A stretch of 64,000 nt of DNA from positions 11,472,001 through 11,536,000 of the forward strand of contig CM052817.1 of the NCBI GenBank assembly GCA_028534125.1, written 5' to 3'. The notes beneath the pieces are model-generated. The model saw only the letters and a program-made list of their open reading frames with translations, had not been told where the DNA came from and ran no database searches. The stretch's first letter is position 1, and each line of letters opens with the position of its first letter. This stretch comes from Lama glama (taxonomy: Eukaryota). This document shows, piece by piece, positions 1 to 12,822 of the stretch. Both the position numbers and the translations under genes were made by a program.

Positions 1-99
1 TATAGAACTACAATTTTATCCCAAGCACCATTCCATCTCAATTGATTAGTAAGGCTACTTTCATGTCCCATGAAATCACAGAATGTAAGTCTGGATTTT

Positions 100-1020
100 T
101 AAAATTAATACTTTATTGAGGTATAATTTCCTACCATAAAATTCACTCATTGTAAGTACATAATTCAATGATTTTAATATATATTGTACAGAGATGTACA
201 GTCATCACCACAATCTAATGTTAGAACATTCCATCACCTCCAAAAGAAAACTTGTACCCATTTAGAGTCTCCTCATTCCTACCCCCAGCCCCAGGTACAA
301 ATCAATCTACTTTTTATCTCTGTAAGTTTGCGTTTTCTGGCTATTTCAAATAAATAAAATCATATAATACGTGCTACTTAGTATCTGTCTTCTTCCACTA
401 AGTATAATGTCTTTGAGGTTCATCTATGTTGTAGCATGTATTTGTATGTCACCACATTTATACATCCATTTGACAACTCATGGAACTTTGGGTTGTAAAC
501 AGCTGAAGACATACATTTTCATTTCTATTGGGAAGGCACATAGAAATGAAATTTCTGGATCCATATGATATTTCTATGTTTAATATTTTAAGAAACTGCC
601 AAACTGTTTTCCAAAGTAGTTGGACCATTTTATACTCCCACCAGCAATTTCTCTACAGTTTTACCAACACTTGTCTTTTCAATTATAGCCATTTTAGTTA
701 GTATGAAGTGGTATCTCATTTTTCTAGTGACTAATGATGTTGAACATCTTTTTATGAGCTTATCAGTAATTCATATGTTCTTCAGTTAAATGTCTACTCA
801 AATGCTTTGCTTATTTTTTAATTGGGTTATTTATCTTTTCATTACTGAGCTATAAAAGTTCTTATAGATATAGGTCCCTTATCAGATATATGATCCACTT
901 GTAAATATTTTCTACAAGTCTGTGAATTGTCTTTTCCCTTTTCTGATAATGTCTAATGAAGCACAAAAAGCTTGTAACTTTGATTAGGTCCAATTTCTCA
1001 ACCTTTTTTTTGTGGATCTG
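100..1020 (-). mobile_element. Old L1 (L1M-type) 3' end fragment
   Basis: Starts tttattgaggtataattt...aaaattcactcattgtaag (reverse of an L1M 3' UTR). Includes ORF2-end motifs aagaaactgccaaactgttttccaaagt and gtgactaatgatgttgaacatctttt. Confidence 0.8.
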
Positions 1021-1479
1021 TTCTTAGGCCCGTCATTGATCTGTTTGTCTACTCCTAAGTGAATACCACAATATGTTAAAGATTACCATTTTATGATTTT
1101 TTAAAAATACTCTTAATACCACTGAATGATTTTCTTAACAAAGGTCTATCATATCATTTATTGGAGTTATTCTTTCCTTCTTTATAGTTTTTATGGTCAA
1201 CTAAAAATGTTAACTTAAAAAAAAAAACCTCATTTCCTTTTGATGTACATGGATGTGGCCAATTTCTATCCAGTAAATTTGCTCAGCTTATCTAACAGTT
1301 TTAACAATTTGTCTATAGATTCTCTTACATTTTTATATACAAACACCTGAGGAAAACTACAATTGTAATTTTAAGTCATTGTGCTTTTTTACCCCTTAAT
1401 TTTATTGTTTTGGCTAAGGCCTCCAGTTACTGTTGAACAGAACTGGTAATACCCTAAATAACACACAAGAAGAAAGAGA

Positions 1480-1770
1480 AGAATTATAGCACACTTCACA
1501 TCCAAAACTATGCAAGCCAGAAGACAATGCAATGTCACCTTTAGAGTGCTGAAACTGTCAACCCAGAATTCTATACACAGCAAAAATATGTTTCAAAAAT
1601 AAAGGTGAAATAAAGACATTTTTGACAAACAAAAACTGAAAAATAATCGGAAGAAATGTGAAAGTCTTCAGAAAAAAGAATGTTACCACCCAGACATTTG
1701 GATCTACACAAAGAAATGAAGATTCCCTCAAAATGGTTAAGATGAAAGGAAATACAAAAGATATTTTCCC
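1480..1770 (+). mobile_element. Old L1 ORF1 C-terminal region fragment
   Basis: aactgtcaacccagaattctata...aaggtgaaataaagacattttt is typical of the L1 ORF1 end. Confidence 0.65.
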
Positions 1771-1779
1771 ATTTAGGGG

Positions 1780-2792
1780 GACCTAATCAAACACACCAAA
1801 GGAAACCACACACAAAACGAAAAGACAATCTATGGAATGGGAAAAAATAATTGCCAATACTGCGAATAACAGGGGCTTATCTTCCAAAATATATAAAAAA
1901 CAGCTCATACAATTCAAAATCAAAAAAACCACAAACACCCTAATCAAAAAATAAGCAAAAATTAGAGAAATGCAAATCAAAACTACAGTAAGGTGTATCA
2001 CTTCACCCCAGTAAGAATGTCCATAGTTTAAAAGCCTACAAATAATAAATGCTGGAAAGGATGTGGAGAAAAAGAAACCTTCCTACACTGCTGGTGGCAA
2101 CGTAAATCAATGCAACCATTATGAAGAACAGTATGGAGGTTCCTTAAAAAACTAAAAACAGGGTTGCCATAAGATCCAGCAATCCTAGTCCTGGGCATAT
2201 ATCTGGAGAAGACTCTTAATTCAAAAAGATACATGCACCCCAATGTTCACAGCAACACTATTTACAACAGCCAAGATATGAAAGCAATCTAAATGTCCAT
2301 GGACAGATGAATGAATAAAGAAGATGCAGTATATATATACACACAATGGAATATTACTCAGCCATAAAGAGATGAAACAATACCATTTGCAGCAACATGG
2401 ATGGATCTAGAGATCCCCCATACTAAGTGAAGTAAGTTAGACAGAGACAAATATCTTATGGTAACACTTTTATCTTCAAAAAAGATACAAATGAACTTAT
2501 TTACAAACCAGAAACTGACTCATAGACATAGAAAACAAACTATAGATACAAAAGGGGAAAGAGGGGTGGGTAGGGATAAATCAGGAGTCTGAGATTAATA
2601 GATACACACTAACATATAGAAAATAGATAAACAACAAGGATTTACTGTATAGCATAGGGAGCTAGATTCAGTACCTTATAATAACCTGTAATGGAAAAAA
2701 ATCTGAAAAAGAACATATATGTGTATCTGAATCACTTTGCTGTACACTTGAAATTAACATAATATTGTAAATCAACTATACTTCAAAGAAAA
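1780..2792 (+). mobile_element. Cetartiodactyl-type L1, 5'-truncated, ORF2 end plus 3' UTR, with a small internal deletion near 1960
   Basis: agagaaatgcaaatcaaaactaca, catttgcagcaacatggatgga and terminal ttgtaaatcaactatacttcaa; similar to the copy at 24795-25743. Confidence 0.88.
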
Positions 2793-3650
2793 GAATTTGT
2801 ATCTAGACAATATAAAGAACTTTTAAGAAAACAAGCCACTCAAAATTTTTTACTGGGTAAAAGATTTAAACAGATACATTACCAAAAAGACAAATGGATA
2901 GCAAACTAGCATATGAAGAGATACTCAACATCATTCACCATTGATACGCAAATTAAAATCTCAACAGAATTCACTACATACCTATTAGAATGACTAAAAA
3001 GAAACTGCTAATACCACATGCTGGTAAGGATACACAGCAACTGGATTTCTCACAAATTATACGGAGGAATGCAAAGTGGCGCAATAACTTTGAAAAACAG
3101 TTTGACAATTCCTAATAAGCTAAACACATACTACTACATGATCCAATAATCCCAGTCCAAGGTATTTATCCAACAGAAACGGAAACTACATTTATACAAA
3201 AATCTATTCACAAATGTTCATAGAGTTTCATTCACAATTACCCCAAACTGGAAATAACCCAATATCCTTCAGCTGTTGAATGGATAAACTATGATATAAG
3301 AAACTACTACTCAACAAAAGGAACAAACTACTGATAAGTGCAACAACATAGATATATCTTAAATGCATATTGTTAAGTGAAGGAAGCCAGTATCAATAGT
3401 ACATACTGTATGATTCCATTTACATAATACTCTGGAAAAAGCAAAACTATAGGGTCAAATATCAAATCAATGGTTGCTAGTGCCTGGGTATGGATAAGGC
3501 AATGACTACCAAAGAGCATAAAAGAACTTTGAGGGATGGTGGAACTGTGTATATCTTGATTGTTGAGGAGTTAGTTATCCAATTGTTAGTGTGTCAGAAC
3601 TCACAGAACTGTACTCTATAAATTATACCTTAATAAACTTCACCAAAAAT
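2793..3650 (+). mobile_element. Older L1M 3' end (ORF2 end plus 3' UTR)
   Basis: catatgaagagatactcaacatcatt, tactgtatgattccatttacataa, ending aattataccttaataaa. Confidence 0.8.
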
Positions 3651-5469
3651 ATTTTTAATATGGTATAAGAGATGGTTTTTGAAGCAGAGAAAGGTGAAGG
3701 TATTTGTTAAGAACTAGAAGAACTATGAGGTTAGACAGCTTGATGGGTTATCTTTAAGGAAATAAAGTCAAATGAATGATGTCAGAGTTTAGAGTAAAGA
3801 TGGAAAACTGAAAATTAGATGTCACAGTCATCAATGAGCGTGGAAAGGTAACTCAGCTTTCTGCTTGCTTGTGGCATATTAAAAACCCCATGATTTTTAA
3901 AAACAAAGACCCATTTGTACAGAAATAGAATAATGATTTGAAAAAGTATGATAGAAGCACACACAGAAAAAGTATGCTCAAAAAAGCTTTTCAGACAGAA
4001 AGGATGAGACAGCAAATACAAGGACAATGTGATGTGTTCATATGGATATGATTTTATAGGAGAGTTCATCAGATGATCCTAATGCCTTCCCTGATAGGCA
4101 AAATCAACTTCCATATTATAGTCAATCCTCTATTCTAGTTATGTATTCTTAACCTGTCTCAACACTATTCCCCGAACACTGTTCATTCCTTTTTCTTTGC
4201 CTCTACTTCTTGTTCTTTTCCATTCCTTCTTTTGCTTAAACCTAGGTCTTCTAAGAAAGTATCCCTAATTAAACCATTCCTCATTAATATCTACGTGTCT
4301 TTAAATGCCTGTTGTACTTATTTGTGCCACACAATTTAAATATCTAAGATATATCAATGAAGCTTTTCCAACCAAAGTCAAGTGTAGTTAAACTACAGAA
4401 AACTGGGGTTCTGGTAGTCATTCCTTTTAAATTTGAATATCTGAAATCAGAAATACCTTGAGAAATCTACTGTTTCCATAAGCTATAAAGTGGCACTCTA
4501 ATATTTAGCATCTTTTCCTATCCCATGATAGCCTCATATTGTTGGATAGATTAACAAACCCCAAAACAAATGGAAACCAAAACAAAAAACCTACCTCTTT
4601 TTAGAAGATGCATCCAGATCTTTAGTTTGGAAAATATAACCACCAAATCTATTACAAATAGGCAAGGAGAACATGTGTTTTGTCCCTTTCCTAGAAGAAG
4701 AGACAAGCCCTGGGCAAAAATATAAAGTCTCCCCCACCCCCAAAATCACATTTTCCTTTCTTATGTTCTGCTCGGCTCACTAATATCATTTCTAAAGGTC
4801 TAAACTTAATGCTGAATCTAATCTCTCCTTATCAGATACACATCAGAAATATATCTGAACTACTGATTACAGAAGTGAAATATGCCAAATGATGCTGAGC
4901 GATGGGAAGTAGTGTGTAAGTAGAGTAGAGGTAAAACTTGCTGATGAGCAACCATATTATAAACGTGAGTGAGGGTAGGTAATCATACTGATGCTTTCTA
5001 CATTCCCCACTCTGCTCATGATAATGCTATTTATTAAAGTCAACCTAATAGCTACAAATTTAATACTATATTATTATAATGAAAACACATCTGATAACAA
5101 TGCTTTTCTACTTATAAATTTACCTTCAGACAAACTGATTCGCTAGATTCAATTCTGTTTTAAAATCTAATTACATATATGCAATTATCATTCCAAGTGG
5201 CAAATCTGAGAACTCTGACCTACGTAACATACAAACTATCTTTTTCTAAGGTCACAGTTATTTAATGAAGTGCTTCTTCAGTCAGTACGCAGATGATAGA
5301 TCCATTTAAGTATCTTCATTTCTATGGTGGTAAATACATGCACCATATTTAGTATAAAACTATATTGAGTAAAACTTTAATTTATACAAAATTTCAATAC
5401 TTTGTATCTGTTAGAATCTTGATTTCAAACACTGACTCCTGAATTTCAGACTTTGATGGAGTTAGAGGA

Positions 5470-6410
5470 AACAAGAAAAGGTGGTGTCAGGGAAGGTTTT
5501 TCTGACATGAGAACACCCAAACTGAGTCTTAATGGAAGAATGAAAATTAGCTAGGTAAAACAAGGAAGGGCGCATTACACATTTAGCAAAGGAGAGCAGC
5601 ATGCATAAAGAAATAGGGAAAGAAAGCTTCATATGGTCAAGAAAGCACTACCCAACAGAACTCTGCAATGATAGAAATGTTCTGTACTTGAGCTATCCAA
5701 CACAGGAAATGAGGAACTGATTTTTAAATTTTATTAAGTTTTAATTAACTTAAACAGCATATGTAGAAATTGAAGAAGTATGGGGTAAATAAAGAATGTG
5801 ATGTGAAAGGAGGGCAACATGAAAGGCTGGAGAGATGCACACGACATGGATCCCGAAGGGCATAGCACATTTTGCCAAGCAGTTAATTTTTATCCCGAAA
5901 GCCTGAAAGAGCGATGGTAGGACTTTAAGTAGTCAAGAGACAGGATTAGCTTTGCATTCAGAAAAAATCACTCAAGCAGCAAGTGGCACGTAGACCAAAA
6001 TGCGCAAAGTTGAAGAAAGCTAGAATGCTTAGAAAACTTGCAGAAATACAGCAGAGAGAAAACAAGAACATAAATCTAGGAAGAAATTTACCTAAGAAAA
6101 AGAGAATGGCTTTGAGCCGTATAATACAATTAAATGGGAAAATAATTAAGTAGTGACATAGTTTCATTATCTTCAGGTGAGAGTGAGAGGAGTAAAGATT
6201 TCTGGCTTGAGAAACTGAGTGAACAAACATTCACTGAGATAGAAAATCCATGAAGTGTGTTTTTTTTGTTTATCTCAAATGATTAGTAGATATAAATGGA
6301 GTGCACTTTTGGATATGTTAACTTGGACATGCAGACATAAATTAAACAAAAACATGCGGAGGTAGAAACACAGACTTAGAGATCACCAGCACACAGATGG
6401 AATATGGAGT
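5470..6410. mobile_element. Degraded L2 fragments interrupted by a MER3-like hAT fragment (about 5645-5765)
   Basis: Purine-rich L2 motifs (ttagctttgcattcagaaaaaatcactc, cacttttggatatgttaacttg) and MER3-like gcaatgatagaaatgttctgtac...gaggaactgatttttaaatttt. Confidence 0.55.
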
Positions 6411-6774
6411 CTCACTTTCTAGTTAATTAAAACAGGCTTTCATCAAGTATCAGAATCCAAATATTTTTAAACTACCATTTAAAAGTTTTTTTCTACTTTG
6501 ATTGTTGATACTGTAATGACATTGTTTTTACTACAAATGTTTGGTATTTCAACATATAATAGAAGAAAAGTTAGTATGTCATCTGGTACCATGCTACTCC
6601 TCAAACCCCACCCCTGCCAACACCCAACCCTAAAAAAAAGCCACACCCCAACTCAGGCATTCATACAAAGCTGTTCCTTCAGCCTACAATACATTCTGAC
6701 CCACATTCTTGTCCCCAAAACATGTCTAGATAACTCCTAATTATTCCTAAAGTCTTGGTTTTAAAAAATCACTG

Positions 6775-8027
6775 AAATCCTAACATTCCTAGAAGAAAAC
6801 ATAGGGGGAAAGCTCCTTGACATTGGTCTTGGCCATACTTTTTTGGATATAATATTAGAAGCAAAGGCAACAAACGTAAAAATAAACATGTGGGACTACA
6901 CCAAACTAAAAAACTTCTGCACAGCAACAGAAACCAACAAAATGAAAAGCCCACCTCTGAAAAAAATTGCAAACCATGTACCTGACAAAAGGTTAATACC
7001 CAAAATATATATTAAAAAAAAACTCATGTAACTCAAAAGCAAAGAGCAAAACAATCTGATTTTAAAATGGGCAGAGAAACTGAATATATATTTTTCCAAA
7101 GGAGAGAGACAAATGGCTAACAGGTTCATGAAAGGTGTTCAACATCACTAATCATCATGGAAATGTAAATCAAAACCGTAGTGAGATATCATCTCACACC
7201 TGTTATAATGGCTATCATCAAACACACAAGAGGTAAGTACTGGGGAAGGTGTGGAAAAAAGGGCACCCTTGTGCAATGTTGGTGGGAATGTAAGTCGGTG
7301 CAGCCACTATGGAAAACAGTATGGAGGGTCCTCAAAAAATTAAAAATAGAACTACCATATGAACCAACAATTTCACTTCTCAATATATATCCCAAGGAAA
7401 CGAAATCACTGTCTTGAAGGGATATCTGCACCCGCATGTTTGCTGCAGCATTATTTACAAGAGCCAAGACATGGAAACAAGCTAAGTGCCCATCAGTGGA
7501 TGAAAAAGAGGATGTGATATATACAGACAATGGAATATTATTCAGCCATGAGAAAGGAGGAAATCCAGTCATTTCCAACAACATGGCTGAATCCAGAGGG
7601 CATTATGCTAAGTGAGATAAGCCAGACAAAAACAAGTACCTATGATCTCACTTATACGTGGAATCTGAAACTCACAGAAACAGAGGGTAGAACGGTGGTT
7701 ACCAGTGTGTTAGGGGAGATGGGGAGATGCTAGTCAAAGAGTATAAGCCTTCCATTTTAAGATGAATAAGTTCTGGAGATCTAATGTACACCATGTACAT
7801 GTAGATTATAGTTAGCAATATTGTTACTTAAAATTTGCTAGGAAAGTAGATTGTAGACTCTCTCCTTACACACACACACAAAAGTAACTTTGAGAGGTGA
7901 CAGATGTATCAATTAACCTGATTGTGGTAATCACTGCACAAAGTATACATATGTCAAATCATCATACTGTATACTTTAAATATATGTACTTTTTGTCCAT
8001 TATACCTCAATAAAGCTGGGGGAAAAA
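6775..8027 (+). mobile_element. L1MA-like LINE, 5'-truncated, ORF2 C-terminus plus 3' UTR
   Basis: ORF-track peptides [14 protein letters not shown]...[20 protein letters not shown] and MEYYSA are degenerate L1 ORF2 C-terminus; ends ttatacctcaataaagctggggg. Confidence 0.9.
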
Positions 8028-8894
8028 GGAATCACTGCCTCAAATTTAAAACTTCAGCTAATCTAATTTAGCTTTGGACTAGATTAGACCCATTGTTACA
8101 TGCTCTCTATTATATAATACTGCCTTTGGAGCACCTATCACAATTCTAATTAATCACATGTAATTTTTGTAATGTCTCTTTCCAACTAATCAATTATTTA
8201 TTTAACAAGTATTTACAAGTCTACCATATGTTCCAGAAGCTGGAGGTACATCAGTGAGTAAGAAGAGACAAGAATTCTGTCCTCAACCCAAATCTGGGGA
8301 AGATGAGTGATAGGAAAAACAAAATCACACAAACAAATCTTTATTTAGTATTTTTATTTGATAAACGACACAGATTTTTATAAGCTCCAAGAAGGAAAGC
8401 ATCATGTCATCTTGCTTGCTATGAGAGCCTTAGTGTCTGGCCCATATAAGAAATTCAAACATTTGCTGAATAAATGTTTGAGAGAAAAATTTCACTCTGA
8501 GATCAAAGATATTCATTCTCAGAACAACTTTTAAAACACAGCCCAATCTGTAAGTTAAAAACTTATCTTTCTTCACAAAATATCTTTCTAAAATTTACAG
8601 CCATTTATTTTACATGCTACCTTGTTCTAAGAAGAACCCATATTTATGCCTTGCTTAGTTTAGTGCTTTTTCAATTTTTTTAGACTCAAAGGCACTTTAG
8701 TTTCAGTGTAGCCACTGCCTCTTAAGTTTCTTAAGTTGTTTCTTACTATTCTGTTCTTTCTGAAGCATATGTCAAATGTATTTTCTATATGATTTAAGGA
8801 TTATGATGACTCTCTTAATAAAAATGTCTCTATTATAAGGCTCTGAAGTCTCTCTAACCCTCTAACATGAGCATATAAATGAAACTACTGGTAA

Positions 8895-8986
8895 TTAAGG
8901 ATGCTGCTAAACACCCTGCAATGCACAGGACAACTCCCCACAACAAAGGAATGTCCAGCCCAAAATGTCAACAGTGCCAATGTTGG
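8895..8986. mobile_element. MER20-like hAT-Charlie fragment
   Basis: ggatgctgctaaacaccctgcaatgcacaggacaactccccacaacaaaggaa...cccaaaatgtcaacagtgcc matches the recalled MER20 end. Confidence 0.8.
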
Positions 8987-9451
8987 TTTGAAAGTCAGCC
9001 TTAAGGTAACAGAGTCCACATATCTGAATAGACAGTAAAAGACAAAAGCCCAAAATACTTTAATTATCTATGTCTTTCTCTAATTTACATTTATGTAACA
9101 AATGGAAACCAAACTAGTCATAAGGAATTACTGACAAATGTATACATGTATACAAATGTATAAGATAGATGCCTATCCTGTTCAAGACTTAAATACAGTT
9201 GATTTGATACTAGAATAATTATTTCACTGTATTCAAATGCTTCTTAGTCATTATTGAAAAAATTGGTCTCATACTCTCATTAAGAGCTAAGAGTATTCCC
9301 TGATTTTTATATCTAATATGAGTCTGTTTTGCCCTCTCATAAAATACAGGATGATGATGGATATGAAGTTATCAAATTTGCCACAATACCAGCCATGTGA
9401 TCTTGGACAAATGACATACTCTCTTTGAATCACTAACCCTTCTTCTATAAG

Positions 9452-9582
9452 CACTTCATATGTTGAAGATTTAATTATTGTCTTCAAACACTTAATAAAA
9501 TGCATATATTGGAATATTATCAACACTTTATATGCTGAAGACTTGATTATTGTCCTCAAATGTTTAATGAAACACATATGTT
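9452..9582. repeat. Diverged direct duplication, 59-bp units, 72-bp period
   Basis: 9452-9510 and 9524-9582 align ungapped with 47/59 identities. Confidence 0.9.
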
Positions 9583-11679
9583 CCAGATCCAGAGCTAATC
9601 TGTATGGCATTTCACGGTAAAATGTAATAAAACAATAAATGATAGACATTATCAGAAACTGGAAATACACAATTCAGGTATTTGAACTAGATTTTACCCC
9701 TACCTGAGTAAATTTTACTCCTACACAGGTACAAATTCAGGAAACACATTTGACAAGGCTCTGTCCATATTATTTCCCTTTATCTTTTATTAAGTTTGCA
9801 AGTCACCCTTATAAAGTTTAAATACCCAATATTCATATTTTATAGTACTGATAATGTCTCATTTCAAGCCCACCTAACTGATAAAACAACTAGATTGATA
9901 TACAAATGAAAAGAGAAAATAGGAGATAATAATATGCTTTAGGAAGAAAGTTAATAATTTAAATAGAAGATCTGCTGAACATTTAAAATAAACAGACACA
10001 GAAAAACTCAATGTGCAACTCCATGAAAGACACCTAGTACATAAAAAAACATATCTGACGCTACCACTGAAGTAACTTATAAAAAGTAGATTATGAACTC
10101 TTTATAGAGACTCACAGCAAGAGAAAAATATACCTCCAGGATGGAGGAAAGGGGGAATGGGTCTGGTAAAAGATAAATGAGAATTTCTATTTTCATTTGT
10201 CATGCTTTATTTCTAAAAATGGATGGTATATGAATATACTTTACTCTGTAAATTTTTTTGATATTGCAATCACTGTTCTAATCAACTTTCACCATTTAAA
10301 AAACCAGACAATTACAATAATTCTGCTTAAAACTTTTCAATGGGTATCTACTGCTTACAGAATGAATTATAAATATTCTAGGATAGAATATGGAGCTTCT
10401 CTGATCTAGCCCCTGCATATTATCCAACCTCATTTTATACAACTCTGTCATATTTAAATTACATGCTACTTAGAAGAACTAACACATTAGATTATTTACA
10501 AATCTGAGTTTTTGTATATGTTGTCTGTCTGAAATGCTTTTCTCCCATCTTTGTTCACCTCTCAAGTGTCCTGTCTTCCAAACTAACCTAAAACATCTTC
10601 TTCCGATTTCACAACTAGCTGAGTAATTAACCATATTAAGCAGCAGTTCGTTCATGTGCAAAATACAAAGATTTGATATACAACAATACTGTCCAAATGG
10701 TATCACAGAGACTTTTCCAATCTTACTTGTCAGAATTCACTGGTATCAGCACCACATTCTTCAAGAATATTCACATCCTAACTTGAGACTCTTTTTTTTT
10801 CTCATTGAGGAAAAGGAGTTAGACTGTTTAGCAACTTGACAACAGGGACAACATTACTACCTTTGTTTAACCCCAGGATCTGTCAAAGTGATTTACCTAA
10901 TAAATGTAGCTGAATTTGCCTAATAAATGCAGCCAACAGAGGATGTGGCTGAAGGGAGAGGGGGATCATCTATGCTTAATAACACAATGCTTTTTCAATA
11001 AAGAGGTAGAGAGTTTTTAAATGATAAGAAAGATGACTAACGTAAAAATGGGCATTTGTGGCAAATACAGTGTTTCAGAGGAGACTAAAATAGGTGACAA
11101 AGTCTTCATAAAACATTTTTGTCAAACTTCTAATGAACACCTGCCTTAAGGTCATAGTTTAATGGGGAAAAAAGACAAACAGCAGACAAGCTCAATAATC
11201 ATTATATAGGATGCCTGAGATGAGCAAGAAGAGAGAACTAATTAAAGCCTAAGAGAAAGTGAGAGAAGATGGTAGAAGGTACATTATCTTCAGTATTTAA
11301 TTTGGGGAAGGGTGTTAGTAATGGCATGGTGATCAAAGGAAAGATGAAAATTTTAATTGCTGAGAAGACAAATTCAAGAAGAAAAAGGCTAAAAATGAAA
11401 AAAAACACTGTCAAAAATTAAGGAAATAATGCTCAAATACAAATTAAGTACAAGATAAGTAACTTGCAAAAGTAACCAGCTTTTAAGGCAAAAGACCTCA
11501 AAAGCACTACACTATAAACTCTGGCTTATCTCGGTGGCTTAATAACCCTACCTGAATTCAGTGACTTAATTCTGCAAAAAGAATAGTTTTCAAAGCCACA
11601 AGGGGATAGGGACAGGGAAGACAAGTCTATGTTCCTTGAAATCTCAACTGACTTCTGACACAGTGTATCATTCATAAAA

Positions 11680-11850
11680 TTACTGTCTTGGCTCCAAATG
11701 TCTTTTGGCTATGTCCAAAATACACCACCACCCTCAAAGGACAAATAATATCATTTGCCACATATAAGGTTATTAAATGTGTCACAAGTTAAAAAGAAAA
11801 TTTCCAAAGATACTTTGCATGATAGAAAGTACAAAAGGGACAACACAGAT
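11680..11850 (+). mobile_element. MARNA-like mariner transposase remnant
   Basis: From 11688 it translates LAPNVFWLCPKYTTTLKGQ, resembling the mariner motif YSPDLAPxDFWLFPKLKxxLKG; followed by atttgccac and aagggacaacac as in recalled MARNA. Confidence 0.65.
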
Positions 11851-12042
11851 GCCTGACAAATTAAGAAATTTCAACATAACTTGATAATAATCTATTTTAA
11901 AGGTAACTCTATATATTTAATTGAAAAGGATAAAACAAGAGCAGAGAGTAATTAAGTATATATTATCCAATTTCCATTAAGTTTATGTTTGTTATTTTTT
12001 TTAGCAATAAAAGAATGAGTATTGAAAAAAAGGTTAACTAAG

Positions 12043-12153
12043 GAAGGAGGGTATAGCTCAGTAGTAGAGTGCCTGCCTAGCATGCACAAGGTCCTGGGTC
12101 CAATCCCTAGTACCTCCATTAAAACAAACAAACAAACCTAATTACACGCCCCC
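12043..12153 (+). mobile_element. tRNA-derived SINE, camelid type (vic-1-like)
   Basis: ggagggtatagctcagtagtagag (A box)...ggtcctgggtccaatccctagtacctcc (B box), then aaacctaattac-C-rich-A tail; homologous to the copy at 46430-46579. Confidence 0.85.
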
Positions 12154-12159
12154 CTGCCA

Positions 12160-12600
12160 AAAAGAATGTTAATTATGTTGTTTGTAATAATGTAAACTGG
12201 AAACAACCCCAAATCTTAAATTATCACATATTTACATATTAGAATATTATAGAGCAACGAAAATGAATAAACCATCTACAGAAGTCCACGTGAATGAACT
12301 GCATAAACATAATGAGTTAAAGAAGCTAGACACAGAGAATAAGTGCTCTATAACTCCATCTAAGTAAAGTTTCCGAAAATAGGCAAAAATAACATAGTGT
12401 TAAGAAGTTAGAAAACTATTCATCTTTGAGAGGAGAGATTAATTAAGAGGGGTTATGAGGTGACTTCTCAGAAGTTCTATTTCTTGATCTGGTGGTGGTT
12501 ACAAGAGTTATGTTCTTTTTTGTTCACTGAAGTATAAGTTTATGATCTATATACTTTTCTCTATGTAGTTATGATTTTTAAAAGTTTACAAAAAGAAGAA
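12160..12600 (+). mobile_element. Old L1M(E-like) 3' UTR fragment
   Basis: aaactggaaacaaccc, gaatattatagagcaacgaaaatgaa, ttctatttcttgatctggtggtggttaca. Confidence 0.65.
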
Positions 12601-12689
12601 ATGAAGAGTAGTTATTGGTAATCCAGAAGGAAAGAAACAAATGCAAAAGCCAAAAGTACAGTACTTGAGAATAAAAACAGGGCTCAGCA

Positions 12690-12822
12690 TGACTCCTCTG
12701 TAAAATGCGAACTATGATACCTATACTCAAGATTACTGTGAGGATTAAAGGACAGAATATGTGTAAAGTATATATCTGGCACAAGTATTAATAGGTGTTT
12801 AATAAATGTTAGCTATTATTAC
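12690..12822 (+). mobile_element. MIR fragment
   Basis: ctgtaaaatg...tgtgaggattaaa...tggcaca...aataaatgttagctattatt. Confidence 0.7.

Noticed and set aside
6843..7733. L1 ORF2-like peptides (also 25178-25543 and 62885-63217)
   Set aside because: Fragmented, frameshifted, 5'-truncated L1 remnants, not functional genes.
9452..9582. CRISPR-like or prokaryotic repeat system
   Set aside because: Only two diverged units, no spacer array or cas-like genes; the context is clearly a mammalian intron.
12043..12120. tRNA-like sequence (also 46500-46579)
   Set aside because: A and B boxes are present, but so are the SINE tail, a TSD on one copy and no intact cloverleaf; these are SINEs, not tRNA genes.
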